A stretch of DNA of 62,658 nucleotides, from NCBI GenBank assembly GCA_021810345.1, contig JAJZIX010000004.1:1-62658 (forward strand), in the 5' to 3' direction. Below are positions 26,492 through 36,249 of this stretch, in pieces. The notes under the pieces were generated by a model. That model saw only the letters and a list, made by a program, of their open reading frames with translations, had not been told where the DNA came from and ran no database searches. This DNA is from Nanobdellota archaeon (GTDB lineage: Archaea > Nanobdellota > Nanobdellia > Parvarchaeales > Parvarchaeaceae). Every line of letters starts with the position of its first letter. The first letter of the stretch is position 1. The translations under genes and the position numbers were made by a program.

Positions 26492-28816
26492 TCAGTCCAT
26501 AAAGCTTCCAAGGGAGCTGTCCTTCCGCCCTACAAAATCATCCTGCTTCAATCCGAAAACCTCAAATATCTGCATTACCGATGGCGCAACCTGGTTCTCG
26601 ATGTAGTACTCCGGATCGTATTTTATCTTGTTCTGTTTGGCGATATCTAGCATCACCGATCTTTCAGATATGCTTTCGCCGGGCTTGCCCTTGGAGATTA
26701 TATAGCGTATAGTGTCTCCACTCGAGAATTTTCTTCCGCTCTTCTCAGCGGCAGAGACGTGCCTGCCGGTCTGCTGATAGCTGCTAAGGTCCTTTCTCAG
26801 CCTTGTAAGTATCGCAAGTTTTTCAAGCGGCACTGTGCCAGCGTTTATTTGGTTTATCACGTCCTTGACATATACTACGGCGGCATCCACGTCGTTCTTG
26901 ACAAGTATAAGTTCGAGTACTTTCTTCTGGGTGTCTTTAGCTATGACCGCCCAGTCCCTCCTAACAGACTGAAACCCTTTTATAGTAAGATTCATCGACG
27001 AATCGCAAAGAGCATACTTTTTCTTTGCGCCTTTCATCCCGCTTTTTGATGCTACGAAAAGCGCTCGAACATAGATGCCCTGAAGCTCCAGCTCCATTGG
27101 CTTCGGCAGCTTCGAATTTATCTCCGAGATCAGGCCATTGATCTCTTTGCTTATGTTCTCCTTTGTTATAAACTCCGAATCGGTATCTGCGTATATGACC
27201 TCAAAACCCCTCGCCATAGCAGTTTCTATCGCGCCATGCACGTAATCCCTGCCATAGGAAGTAACCGCCCCTGCGCATTCAAAGCAATACCATCTTGAAT
27301 TGTAGTAACCAAGGTAGCCGTAAAATCCGTTGGCTATGAGCTTCAAGACCATGACCCTTGCTTTAAGCCTCTGGTCATCGGGCGAAAGCTTCAGCTTCGC
27401 TTTTGCATCAACTCTCAGAGTTATTATCTCATTCACGACCCTTGGGATCAGGCCTTCTCTCTTGTCCTTCGGCATAAAAGAAACCGCTTTTCCATCGTTG
27501 ATTATGGTTGAGGGGCATATGTTATGGGATACGATTATGCTAGGATAAAGGCTCCTGAAGTCAGCAACGGCTACATCCTTGTACAGGCCCGGCTTCGGCT
27601 GGAAGACAAATGCCCCGACGTTTATTTTCTTCATCCTGCCCTCCACCTCAAAGTCTGACGGCTTATTTGGTATAAGTTCGGATGTCCTGTGGGCTTCCCT
27701 CATGATAAGATTTTCGACAACAACCCCAGTTGTCATCCTTGAAACATCGGATATTGTCTGACCGACAAGTTTATTTAGCTCAGCTATGAGGGGGGAAAGT
27801 CTGGAGTAAAGTTTAAACGTCAGGTTAGAATCCTGCATGCAGTAAACGCACAAGGAGGAGGCAACCTCTTTGTCAGAGAAGATCTTATCTGATTCATCCC
27901 AGTTAAATTCGCCTTTCCGCTCGTTTAGCATCTCGGCTGAAACCTCCCTTAGGGTAAGAACCTCGGTCTTGAGGTTGTACACTGCATAGATGTTTCTTAT
28001 GAAATTTAGTATGTCTATGTGCGCCATGCCATTTATTTCAGAGGCCCTTTTATTCTGTCCCTTTGCTTTTATCTCGAAACCGTTAAAGAGCGGCTTTACT
28101 CCCAGTATCCTGGCCCTTTCCTGTATGTACGGGAGATCAAAGGAATCAGAATTGTATCCTATCAGTGCACTTATACCGTTTGATGAGATATACTCAGCAA
28201 ACTTGAGTATCAGCTCTTTCTCATCCTGCACCCTCTCTATCCCTTCTCCCTCGGCATTTAGCCATGTAATGCATGAAGAGCGAAAACCATCGGACATTGA
28301 TATCGCCACTATTGGATCCACCTTTGAATCCGGGAAGGACCTTTTTGAGAAAGTTTCTATGTCAAAAGCTAGCGGTTTAATCGGCGAGTCGGCTGTGCCA
28401 AGCTTGGAGATTGATTTAATCCTGTCTCCGTCCAGCTCTGCTCTCACGAGATCATAGCTGCCGATTTCCTTGTCCAGCAGGTATCTTTTGTAAAAAGGTA
28501 TATCAGCTTCATACGTTTTCAGGTTTAGCTGCCTTAGCTTTGGGACATCCTCTGGAAGCTTTGTGAATACTTTGCATACACTAACTTTTTCCCCAAGACG
28601 AAACATCTCCTCCTCTCGAACTTCTTCTACAAACGGCATTCCGCTGACTTGCTGCATCAAATCCTGTTTGCTGGCCTCAACGAAACAATACGGCCTGAAA
28701 GAATCATCGTACAGTATCACCCGATCCGAATTCTGCTTTAGGCAGAAAAGCCTGACGATCGGCTTTCCATCCACTACTATGTAGTCTGCGTCCAAAACGA
28801 ACACGTCAATGTTCAT
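26492..28816 (-). CDS. polB: DNA polymerase, family B
   Basis: 774 aa. Exo motifs (FDIETF, YNSDSFDLPY), Pol motifs (DFRSLYPSIIVSHNI, KLIANGFYGY, IYADTDSEF). Motifs are contiguous, so no intein. Confidence 0.95.
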   Translation of the reverse strand: MNIDVFVLDADYIVVDGKPIVRLFCLKQNSDRVILYDDSFRPYCFVEASKQDLMQQVSGMPFVEEVREEEMFRLGEKVSVCKVFTKLPEDVPKLRQLNLKTYEADIPFYKRYLLDKEIGSYDLVRAELDGDRIKSISKLGTADSPIKPLAFDIETFSKRSFPDSKVDPIVAISMSDGFRSSCITWLNAEGEGIERVQDEKELILKFAEYISSNGISALIGYNSDSFDLPYIQERARILGVKPLFNGFEIKAKGQNKRASEINGMAHIDILNFIRNIYAVYNLKTEVLTLREVSAEMLNERKGEFNWDESDKIFSDKEVASSLCVYCMQDSNLTFKLYSRLSPLIAELNKLVGQTISDVSRMTTGVVVENLIMREAHRTSELIPNKPSDFEVEGRMKKINVGAFVFQPKPGLYKDVAVADFRSLYPSIIVSHNICPSTIINDGKAVSFMPKDKREGLIPRVVNEIITLRVDAKAKLKLSPDDQRLKARVMVLKLIANGFYGYLGYYNSRWYCFECAGAVTSYGRDYVHGAIETAMARGFEVIYADTDSEFITKENISKEINGLISEINSKLPKPMELELQGIYVRALFVASKSGMKGAKKKYALCDSSMNLTIKGFQSVRRDWAVIAKDTQKKVLELILVKNDVDAAVVYVKDVINQINAGTVPLEKLAILTRLRKDLSSYQQTGRHVSAAEKSGRKFSSGDTIRYIISKGKPGESISERSVMLDIAKQNKIKYDPEYYIENQVAPSVMQIFEVFGLKQDDFVGRKDSSLGSFMD

Positions 28817-28864
28817 ACTAATATCAGAAATCTCTTGGATAAATAGCCTAAAAACGCCGATGTT

Positions 28865-30619
28865 TCACTTTACGGTGACTGATTTGGCTAGATTTCTCGG
28901 GTGATCCGGGTCTATTTTCTTCAGCACTGAAACCTTGTACGCGAGAAGCTGGCTTATTATTATCTGGGTTATAAAGCTGAACGCCCCGGCCGGCTGCGAG
29001 CGTATGAAAAAATCAAACGCTCTATCATTTTCCTCTGAGATGCCTATTATTTTTCCAGACCTGGATTTTATCTCGTCTATGTTGTTTGAAGTCGACGGGC
29101 CGTTCTTCTTCGTCATGAAAGACACAACGTACAGGTCCCTGTCTACAAGCGCGAGAGGGCCATGCTTGAACATCGCCGCATCAAGAGCTTCTGCATGTAT
29201 GTAGGCAACTTCCTTGAGCTTTAGCGAGGCCTCTAGCGCAGACAGGTAATCTATGCCGCGCCCTATGAAAAACACGTTTTCCTTGTTTTTTAGCTTCGCA
29301 GCGACTTTGTCAACTGCGGCATAAAGCGACGGAACAAATATATTATAGACATTAAGGCTTAACAGCCTCAAGTCCGGCAGGATGTCCTTCTCCTTACCAG
29401 CTGTATAGTAAGCAAGCAACGTCAGCATTATCGCTGACGTAGTAAAGGTCTTAGTCGCGGCTACTCCTCTCTCTTGGCCGGCAGACATGTCGAGCCAGTA
29501 GTCGACTGAATTGGCAAGTGTGGACCCCTTCGTGTTAACAAGCCCGATTTTCTTGATGCCGCTGATCGAATCGAGCGAGTTTATCAAGTCTGCGGTCTCC
29601 CCGCTCTGTGAAACTATTATTATCGTATCCTTATTTGACATCAGCCTCCTGTAGAGAGGTATATCCTGGCTCTGTATCGCCATCGCCTTTATGCCATTTT
29701 TTACCATCATGTACGCGCCGACCGTCGCGGCATAAAAAGACGAGCCTGAGCCCGTCAGGTAGACAGTTGCGCTTGGGTTTATGAGTCCTGCGGCCTTTTT
29801 GATGTCTGGTAATCCGCTGTCCAACAGCTTTTTTATCAACGCGGGCTGTTCCAGTATCTCTTTTATCATGTAATGATGGTATCTTCCCTTGTCCACTTCT
29901 TCGTAGGATAACTTTACCATTGTGACACTGTGATTCGGTTCCTTTCTGTAAAGGTTCGTTATCTTGTAGCCGTTCTTTTTCAGCACAGCAACGTCCCCGT
30001 CGTGTAGAAAAACCACTTTGTTTGTGTATTTCAGGAAAGAAGGCACATCGCTGGACACAAATGTCCCGGATTTGGCCAAACCCAGCACCAAAGGCGCACC
30101 TTTCTTAACGGCATATACGGAATTATCCCTGCTAGATAACACTGCAAAGGAGGATGACCCAACAAGCTTCGCTGTGGTGGACTTTACTGCAGACTCCATG
30201 CTGCTTCCTTTGCTCACTTCTTCCTCTATTAAGTGGGATATGACTTCTGTGTCGGTATCTGACACAAATTTGTGGTTCTTCAGCATGGCTTTAAGCTCAT
30301 CCAGATTTTCTATTATCCCGTTGTGCACCACCGCAATCTCGCCGGTGCAGTCAGTAAGCGGATGCGCATTGACTCTGTTCACGGCCCCATGGGTTGCCCA
30401 CCTTGTATGGAATATCCCCCTATTAGAGTAAACCTGATCAATGGGGTATTTGGACAGGACGTCCTTAACCCTGCCCGCATCCTTCTTTATCGCTATTTTA
30501 CCACTGGAGTCGAATGCGCACCCAAAGCTGTCGTATCCTCTGTATTCTAAGTTCTCTATACCGTCTACAAGGTATGGAATTGCATTGTCTGTGCCGTTAT
30601 AGCCGATTATACCACACAT
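28865..30619 (-). CDS. glmS: Glutamine--fructose-6-phosphate aminotransferase
   Basis: Start set at MCGIIGY, since a Cys2 nucleophile is required for class II amidotransferases. The track ORF starts 5 codons earlier. Two SIS domains and the C-terminal PRNLAKSVTVK. Confidence 0.93.
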   Translation of the reverse strand: MCGIIGYNGTDNAIPYLVDGIENLEYRGYDSFGCAFDSSGKIAIKKDAGRVKDVLSKYPIDQVYSNRGIFHTRWATHGAVNRVNAHPLTDCTGEIAVVHNGIIENLDELKAMLKNHKFVSDTDTEVISHLIEEEVSKGSSMESAVKSTTAKLVGSSSFAVLSSRDNSVYAVKKGAPLVLGLAKSGTFVSSDVPSFLKYTNKVVFLHDGDVAVLKKNGYKITNLYRKEPNHSVTMVKLSYEEVDKGRYHHYMIKEILEQPALIKKLLDSGLPDIKKAAGLINPSATVYLTGSGSSFYAATVGAYMMVKNGIKAMAIQSQDIPLYRRLMSNKDTIIIVSQSGETADLINSLDSISGIKKIGLVNTKGSTLANSVDYWLDMSAGQERGVAATKTFTTSAIMLTLLAYYTAGKEKDILPDLRLLSLNVYNIFVPSLYAAVDKVAAKLKNKENVFFIGRGIDYLSALEASLKLKEVAYIHAEALDAAMFKHGPLALVDRDLYVVSFMTKKNGPSTSNNIDEIKSRSGKIIGISEENDRAFDFFIRSQPAGAFSFITQIIISQLLAYKVSVLKKIDPDHPRNLAKSVTVK

Positions 30620-30754
30620 AGCTGATCGTCTCAAGTTTTATAAAAGAACAGAGATGGCAACTAGTATTTAACCATTTGTATTCTTAGGAAAGCCGGAATG
30701 AGGATAAGACGCAGGGAAAAAGATTAATATAGGTAATGAGCCCAATTAGCTGTT

Positions 30755-31669
30755 ATGAAGACATACATATTGAGATCTGAGGATGATAAATATTATATAA
30801 AGGATACAAAGCTGCTGAAGGATGAAAACGAGCTGAAATTCGTGTCCAGCCAGATAGCGTTCCTGAAAGCCCTGGCCAAAAAGCCGGTTTCGAGCGACAT
30901 TGTCGCAAAGACACTGAAAATAAGCAAAAAGAAAGCAGAGGACTATGCTGCAAGGCTGAACAAGTTAGAGCTGATAAAAATATCCGGGAAAAAAGAGAAG
31001 CAGATTTATTCCCTGGACAGCGGCGCAGTGTCGCTTGAGTTAAATGACTCCGAATCCAAGTTCAATATAAGAGAAAAGAGGATAAAAGACTCGGGCACAT
31101 CGAGATTTTACAGTAATTTCATCAGGGACGGAAAATTCGACGGGTATATATGCGTCGGATCCACCGATCCGCACGGTGAATACAGGGCTGTCTCAAAGGA
31201 CACGCACCATGCAATGTATCTGACCATGTTCTTGGGCCAGTTCATAGACCTGCCGGTAAAAACGCCGGTTGTGCTCGATACAGATGTAATATCAAAGAAC
31301 CTTTTCAAGAACAACCTAATTGTGATAGGCGGGCCGGTCACAAACCTCATAACCCGGGACATAAACAGCTACCTGCCAGTTAAGTTCATAAAGGAGGAAG
31401 GGTGGGGTCTGAAATTCAGGGACGGCCTGCACACGAGAGACTATGAGGGTGTAATAGAGAAGATGAAGAACCCGTTCGACAAAACAAAGGAGATAATATT
31501 GCTTGCAGGCGTGAGGAATATAGGCACTTTTTCCTCGATTCTTGCGGCCACTAAATTCTCTAACCTCAGCTTTGCATCATACAACGGCGAGAAGCCATGG
31601 AGCATGCTCGTGCGTGGATACGATATAGACGGGGATGGAGAAGTAGATTCTGTAGAAACTGTAAGATGA
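30755..31669 (+). CDS. Winged-helix regulator fused to a domain resembling the C-terminal part of the S-layer-like protein
   Basis: 304 aa. N-terminal wHTH-like IAFLKALAKKPVSSDIVAKTLKISKKKAEDYAARLNKLELIK. The C-terminal part has NLIVIGGPVTNLITRDIN and EIILLAGVRNIGTFSSILAATKF, echoing VIVVGGSAINTLGAELLN and ALWVAGYGASDTLEASEVLAA of the 60784 ORF. Confidence 0.55.
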   Translation: MKTYILRSEDDKYYIKDTKLLKDENELKFVSSQIAFLKALAKKPVSSDIVAKTLKISKKKAEDYAARLNKLELIKISGKKEKQIYSLDSGAVSLELNDSESKFNIREKRIKDSGTSRFYSNFIRDGKFDGYICVGSTDPHGEYRAVSKDTHHAMYLTMFLGQFIDLPVKTPVVLDTDVISKNLFKNNLIVIGGPVTNLITRDINSYLPVKFIKEEGWGLKFRDGLHTRDYEGVIEKMKNPFDKTKEIILLAGVRNIGTFSSILAATKFSNLSFASYNGEKPWSMLVRGYDIDGDGEVDSVETVR

Positions 31670-31676
31670 CTACAGC

Positions 31677-32273
31677 TCAATGAGGGGTTTCCCTTGTCAT
31701 CGCATATACAGCAACCGCCATTGCACCAAGCGTCAGCAGCAGAGAAAGCACTGATGGATTTGTAAGGATACCAAGGACATACGCTGAATTCAAGTACGAT
31801 GGGAAGGTTGTCGATGAACTTATTGAAGAAACCGCGCCAGACGAACTGCTATTAACCGAGGTAGGATGAGAAGTAGTGGATACGACGTGACTGGTCGAAG
31901 AGTAGAAAAGTGCGCTTGTATTACCGAAAGCTATCAACCCGAATATAAACATCACAAGCACCAAAATCGCAGGGACAAGAGTACTTTTTTTGAGATAGCC
32001 TGAAACGGCTTCGCTCGGCACTCCTATAGTGTATAGCAGCAGGAGTATGAGGAACAGGAACACTAGTATCGCCAACACATACGGCAGAAATTGCAGTATA
32101 AATGCAACGAAGAACGATGAAGCCAACGCGGCAAAAGCGACTGCCAACGCTATCAAAGCTGGCAGGTCTGAGGCCGTAAAGAACTTCGACCTTGAGAGAA
32201 GACCGTATACTATTGTGAATACTAATAGAAACACAATTAAATCATACGCACCGAATACAACCGATAATATCAT
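31677..32273 (-). CDS. Polytopic membrane protein, paralogue A
   Basis: 198 aa. YDLIVFLLVFTIVYGLLSRSKFF motif. Ser/Thr-rich loop. Confidence 0.6.
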   Translation of the reverse strand: MILSVVFGAYDLIVFLLVFTIVYGLLSRSKFFTASDLPALIALAVAFAALASSFFVAFILQFLPYVLAILVFLFLILLLLYTIGVPSEAVSGYLKKSTLVPAILVLVMFIFGLIAFGNTSALFYSSTSHVVSTTSHPTSVNSSSSGAVSSISSSTTFPSYLNSAYVLGILTNPSVLSLLLTLGAMAVAVYAMTRETPH

Positions 32274-32279
32274 ATTTAC

Positions 32280-32894
32280 TTACTGTTTTTTGCCGCCGCC
32301 CGAAAAGGCAATTGCCAGCGCAATTATTAAAATCCCAAAAACAATCAGCACGCCAAGGTACTGAGTTGTAAGTGAGGATATCACGCCGGATAGCTCGCTG
32401 CCGGTTGAGCCGTTGGCACCAGGCACAAATGCGTGCGAAAACAGCCCCCCTCCAAGGAACAAAACAAGGATGGCAACGACGAATACTGCCCCGGAAACAC
32501 GCGAATTTGCCTTCAAATCAACGCCAGCGAGCGAAGCGACTGCGAGTATCGCCACAAGTATCAAAGCCGTGACCGCCAGAGTGGATGACATGTAGACCAG
32601 CACTGGGCTGACCCATACGACCGTAACCGCAAAGAACGAGATTATCATAGATACTATTGCACGAGCAGACCTATTTGAGTCTTCGCTGAAGAAGCTTATC
32701 CTCTTTAGTACTGTGTTTAATATCGCAAGTATAAGCAGAAAAGCCAGCCAGAACTCGAGCGGATTCGTTACATTCGCAGGTGTTATCACAGCAAGAGCAT
32801 TATTTATCTGCGAAAAGATCGAACCCTGAACTGCTGCTACCATAAGCGTATAAGAACTTTTATAGTATTTAAACTTTTGTAAGGTTATCCTCAC
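32280..32894 (-). CDS. Polytopic membrane protein, paralogue B
   Basis: 204 aa. LEFWLAFLLILAILNTVLKRISFF motif. Confidence 0.6.
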   Translation of the reverse strand: MRITLQKFKYYKSSYTLMVAAVQGSIFSQINNALAVITPANVTNPLEFWLAFLLILAILNTVLKRISFFSEDSNRSARAIVSMIISFFAVTVVWVSPVLVYMSSTLAVTALILVAILAVASLAGVDLKANSRVSGAVFVVAILVLFLGGGLFSHAFVPGANGSTGSELSGVISSLTTQYLGVLIVFGILIIALAIAFSGGGKKQ

Positions 32895-32913
32895 TTAAAA
32901 GTGATTCAATTGT

Positions 32914-33465
32914 TTACTTTGACAATAGGTACCCAGCAAGGACCAGAAAAACGAAGACTATTATGTAGGGCAGGTAGCTTGTCAGGTTGCTGCTCACCGC
33001 TTTTGAGGATATACCGGCAAAAGTCAGGTTTGCGGTGGTCAAAACCCAGATTACCAGCCCCAATGATATTACTACCGCCAGCACAGTTATTATTTTCTTT
33101 ATACTGCTTGGAAGGGATGCATCGCTTCCGCCATAAGCCATTGAAGCCAGTATCAAAAGCATGAATATCACCACTGCTATTATGCCGGCTATCGGAAGTA
33201 TCAAGAATGTGAGCTTTAAAGTGTAGTTTGTCGTCGCGAAAACTATACCCAAGACAAATGCGATTATAGCGTTTATATCGCTCTTGCCCTTGAACATGTT
33301 GCTTCTCTCAAGGACGCCGTAGGTTATCGCAAAAACCAGCAGAAAAGGAAACAAAAATGACTCTATCCCGCTGTAAAGTATGGAAACCCCCGATGCTTTT
33401 GATGTCAGTGTATTATTCAAATTACTAGTATTATTGGCAAATGACAAAACATAAGCGCTTAACAT
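32914..33465 (-). CDS. Polytopic membrane protein, paralogue C
   Basis: 183 aa. ESFLFPFLLVFAITYGVLERSNMF motif. Confidence 0.6.
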   Translation of the reverse strand: MLSAYVLSFANNTSNLNNTLTSKASGVSILYSGIESFLFPFLLVFAITYGVLERSNMFKGKSDINAIIAFVLGIVFATTNYTLKLTFLILPIAGIIAVVIFMLLILASMAYGGSDASLPSSIKKIITVLAVVISLGLVIWVLTTANLTFAGISSKAVSSNLTSYLPYIIVFVFLVLAGYLLSK

Positions 33466-33507
33466 AATATATTATGAAAAGGCAGGTATTTAACCATTTC
33501 GCTGGGA

Positions 33508-34263
33508 TTAGCTAAAAGCATGCGAAACTAGGCTGCTGGCAGACGAAGAATTGAAGTTTCCATTGTTCAGCTCGTTGATCATTAGAGTCCTGTTGTTGAA
33601 CGAGTATGTTTCGCTGAAGTGTATCAAAGTATGCGATGTTTTGTTGCTGGATGAATTTGTTTCATTCAAGTAGCCTGACAAAAACAGAACTTTGCTGCTA
33701 CCAATAGTCATATTTTTTAATGAAACGGTTGATATGTTCGAGAATTGGGCAGAAATGTGTGTTTCAATGTTGCTGAAAACGGAGGCTGCATCGCTCGAGG
33801 AGTTCAGGTACATGGCCTCAGCCATAAACTCTGGCGTACTTTTTGAGCTAATATTCGCCCCGACTGGCGTGAATATCTGAAGCAGGGCATCGAGTGTCCC
33901 GGGTGGAAAAGAAAGGGGATTTGCGGCGATGACGCTGGAATTCGCCGTCTCATTGATGTAGACTGCCCAACTCCCGCCGACAAGCGAATTGATATCTCCC
34001 ACTGAAAATGCGTTTACCCCTGTGTAAGGAACAGAGACTGGTGTAGTAATCGACTTTGCTGCAGGGTGGTATAATACAAGAAAAACTGCTATAATTATTA
34101 CCACAGCCGCGACCGGGATCAGTATCTTCACCGGCAAAATCGTTTTCTTTGTTTTTCCGCTTTTTTGCTCATTCGTAGGTTCTTTGTCGATAGTCTCTTT
34201 ATGTTTCACTTCAACAGTGCTTGTTTCTCTATCTTTTTCATCGACATTTTTGCCGGGATCCAT
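33508..34263 (-). CDS. Type II anchored extracellular protein, unknown function
   Basis: 251 aa. Acidic/basic cytoplasmic N-terminal region, TM helix ILIPVAAVVIIIAVFLVLY, sequon-rich ectodomain. Confidence 0.6.
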   Translation of the reverse strand: MDPGKNVDEKDRETSTVEVKHKETIDKEPTNEQKSGKTKKTILPVKILIPVAAVVIIIAVFLVLYHPAAKSITTPVSVPYTGVNAFSVGDINSLVGGSWAVYINETANSSVIAANPLSFPPGTLDALLQIFTPVGANISSKSTPEFMAEAMYLNSSSDAASVFSNIETHISAQFSNISTVSLKNMTIGSSKVLFLSGYLNETNSSSNKTSHTLIHFSETYSFNNRTLMINELNNGNFNSSSASSLVSHAFS

Positions 34264-34335
34264 CCAAATATTAATAAGTGATATTATTTAAACGCATTAT
34301 TTAAAAGATTAATATCGGGCCGACGTAATAAATGA

Positions 34336-34605
34336 ATGGCCCGCTCAAGAAAAAGAATGCTTATACCCGCAGCTGGCTTATTCGGGATCCTAGTCGGAGC
34401 TATAGTAATCTACTTCGGGCTTGCCAGCTATTTGTCCTACCAGAATTTCCTGAATGAATCTTCTTTGGGCGGAATAAGCATCGGACCGGCAGTTTCCAGC
34501 AGCCAGAATCTGGGATATGCACTGATATTCTCTACAGCATCGGCAGCAGTAGCTCTGGGAGCTGTCCTGATCATAAGATCTATGCGCCGAAAAGCCTCTC
34601 GCTGA
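34336..34605 (+). CDS. Small two-helix membrane protein
   Basis: 89 aa, basic termini, two hydrophobic helices. Its 3' end overlaps the convergent ThiF-like gene by 26 nt. Confidence 0.4.
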   Translation: MARSRKRMLIPAAGLFGILVGAIVIYFGLASYLSYQNFLNESSLGGISIGPAVSSSQNLGYALIFSTASAAVALGAVLIIRSMRRKASR

Positions 34606-35485
34606 TGAACTTTCGCGCTTCTTGTTCAGAGTAGCCGGTGAAAAGAACATCGCCGGCTGATGACAGCAATATTGATTTCGTACCGCTTTTTATAACGCAG
34701 ATCCCATTCTCTATAATAGCGCCCGGCTCGTCCCCAAAAAGTGTTTTCAGGTTTATGTCTCTTTGAAGGGAAAATTTTATTCCATCCCCGCAGATCTGTA
34801 TAAAACCGTCCGCTTTTATCGGTTTATGCTCGTGCAATGAGCATACTTCGCACATGCCATCCTTTTTTATCGCCGTCTTTGTCACCCGGCCGTCAGTGAA
34901 AGATGAGGAAACCCAATCCCCTTCGACGGCTCCGCTAAAGAAGGATTCTGCAGCGTCTGCTATCATGCTTGAGAAGTTATCTGGGACGTGCAGGGGCGCA
35001 CCATAGCAGCCTTCCTTGATTTTCCCCGACAGATTCCTGTAGAGACAGTTGAAGCAGGCCCCTTTATCGATTATGTAATAAAACCCCTCCTTCTCGTTTA
35101 CCGAGGCGATAAGTAGCGGTATACCTTTTTCTACACAGGCCTGGTTTATCACCAGCCTGGAGAAAGTGTTGTCGGTAAAATCCAGAACCATGCTAGAGCC
35201 CTCTATCAGTGAACTGGCCCTTTTCTCCCCAACATACTCGGGTACACTGACAAAATTTGTTTTGCTGCCATTGGAGAGGAGAGAAACGATTGCATCGGAT
35301 TTGTAGACAGGATTTGAAGTGTCTACGCCGGAGTATAGAGGCTGGTTCAGCTTGTTCTTTTCTGTAACGATATCGCCGTCGATCGCCCTTACCACGCCGA
35401 ACCCTCTGCCGGAGATTTTCTGCAGTACTTCGCTTCCAAGCGCGCCTGCGCCTATTACAGTCAAAACAAAATTATTTAAAGGCAT
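34580..35485 (-). CDS. ThiF/MoeB/HesA-family (E1-like) protein with C-terminal extension
   Basis: 301 aa. Rossmann motif VIGAGALGSEV, DGDIV...NKLNQPLY (variant of D.D.V..SNL.RQ), two CxxC pairs (CFNC, CEVC). Confidence 0.7.
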   Translation of the reverse strand: MPLNNFVLTVIGAGALGSEVLQKISGRGFGVVRAIDGDIVTEKNKLNQPLYSGVDTSNPVYKSDAIVSLLSNGSKTNFVSVPEYVGEKRASSLIEGSSMVLDFTDNTFSRLVINQACVEKGIPLLIASVNEKEGFYYIIDKGACFNCLYRNLSGKIKEGCYGAPLHVPDNFSSMIADAAESFFSGAVEGDWVSSSFTDGRVTKTAIKKDGMCEVCSLHEHKPIKADGFIQICGDGIKFSLQRDINLKTLFGDEPGAIIENGICVIKSGTKSILLSSAGDVLFTGYSEQEARKFISERLFGA

Positions 35486-35521
35486 ATATACTCTTTAATA
35501 GGTATTTAAGGGTTTAAAACT

Positions 35522-36073
35522 ATGTACGGAGTAATCACGCTTAGGGACAGGATAAGGCTTGAGCCAAGCAAATTTGAAGAGGAACCGCAGACGGCAATCG
35601 CAGAGTCGATAAAGCGCGACTATATCGGCAGGATAATAGAGGAGAAGATGGTCGCCATCGGCCTGATAGGGATAGACAGCATCGAGGAAGGTATAATAAT
35701 CCCAAACGACGCGGCGATCTACTACGATACTACATTTAGGATACTGGCGTATATGCCACTGCTGCATGAAACAGTGAAAGGCCAGATATCAAACATAAGC
35801 GAGATAGGCGCAATGATCAATATAGGCGCAATAGACGGATTAGCGCACATTTCGCAGACGATGGATGATTTCGTTGACTTCTCAAAAACATCCCTCATAG
35901 GAAGAAAAACACGCGTAGTGCTCAAAACAGGTGACACTGTCATAGCGAGCGTAATCGCGATAAGCGCCAAGGGAATAATGAAAGTCGGCTTGACAATGCG
36001 TCCGCCTGGCCTTGGAAAACTTGGCGCAAAAAGAAAAGAAGAAAAGACAAAGGTGAAGAAAGATGGTGCTTAA
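35522..36073 (+). CDS. rpoE: DNA-directed RNA polymerase subunit E' (Rpo7)
   Basis: 183 aa. N-terminal Rpb7 fold (ITLRDRIRLEPSKF...) followed by an S1 domain (GQISNISEIGAMINIG.IDGLAHISQ). Confidence 0.9.
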   Translation: MYGVITLRDRIRLEPSKFEEEPQTAIAESIKRDYIGRIIEEKMVAIGLIGIDSIEEGIIIPNDAAIYYDTTFRILAYMPLLHETVKGQISNISEIGAMINIGAIDGLAHISQTMDDFVDFSKTSLIGRKTRVVLKTGDTVIASVIAISAKGIMKVGLTMRPPGLGKLGAKRKEEKTKVKKDGA

Positions 36074-36248
36074 AGCCTGCAGAGTCTGCCATTTTCTTAC
36101 AGAGGACAAGAAATGTCCCAGCTGCGGGAGCGATGATCTTTCCGCCAAATGGAAAGGTGAAGTGATAATAAACTCGGTAGATAAATCAGAGACCGCAAAG
36201 AAACTCGGTATAACCAAACCGGGAAAGTATGCGCTGAGCGTCGATTAA
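36063..36248 (+). CDS. spt4: Transcription elongation factor Spt4 (RpoE'')
   Basis: 61 aa. Zinc ribbon CRVC...CPSCG followed by WKGEVII. Confidence 0.85.
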   Translation: MVLKACRVCHFLTEDKKCPSCGSDDLSAKWKGEVIINSVDKSETAKKLGITKPGKYALSVD

Positions 36249-36249
36249 A

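Noticed and set aside
26492-28816. Intein in family-B polymerase
   Set aside because: Pol motifs (SLYPSII, K...NGFYGY, YADTDS) are contiguous and the protein is a normal 774 aa.
30620-30754. Possible glmS riboswitch/ribozyme or extended GlmS N-terminus (MRRSA)
   Set aside because: The glmS ribozyme is a bacterial element and no matching structure is evident. The enzyme needs Cys as residue 2, so the upstream Met is unlikely to be used.
35495-35767. 90-aa minus-strand ORF
   Set aside because: It overlaps the well supported rpoE (Rpo7) gene on the opposite strand and has no recognisable features.
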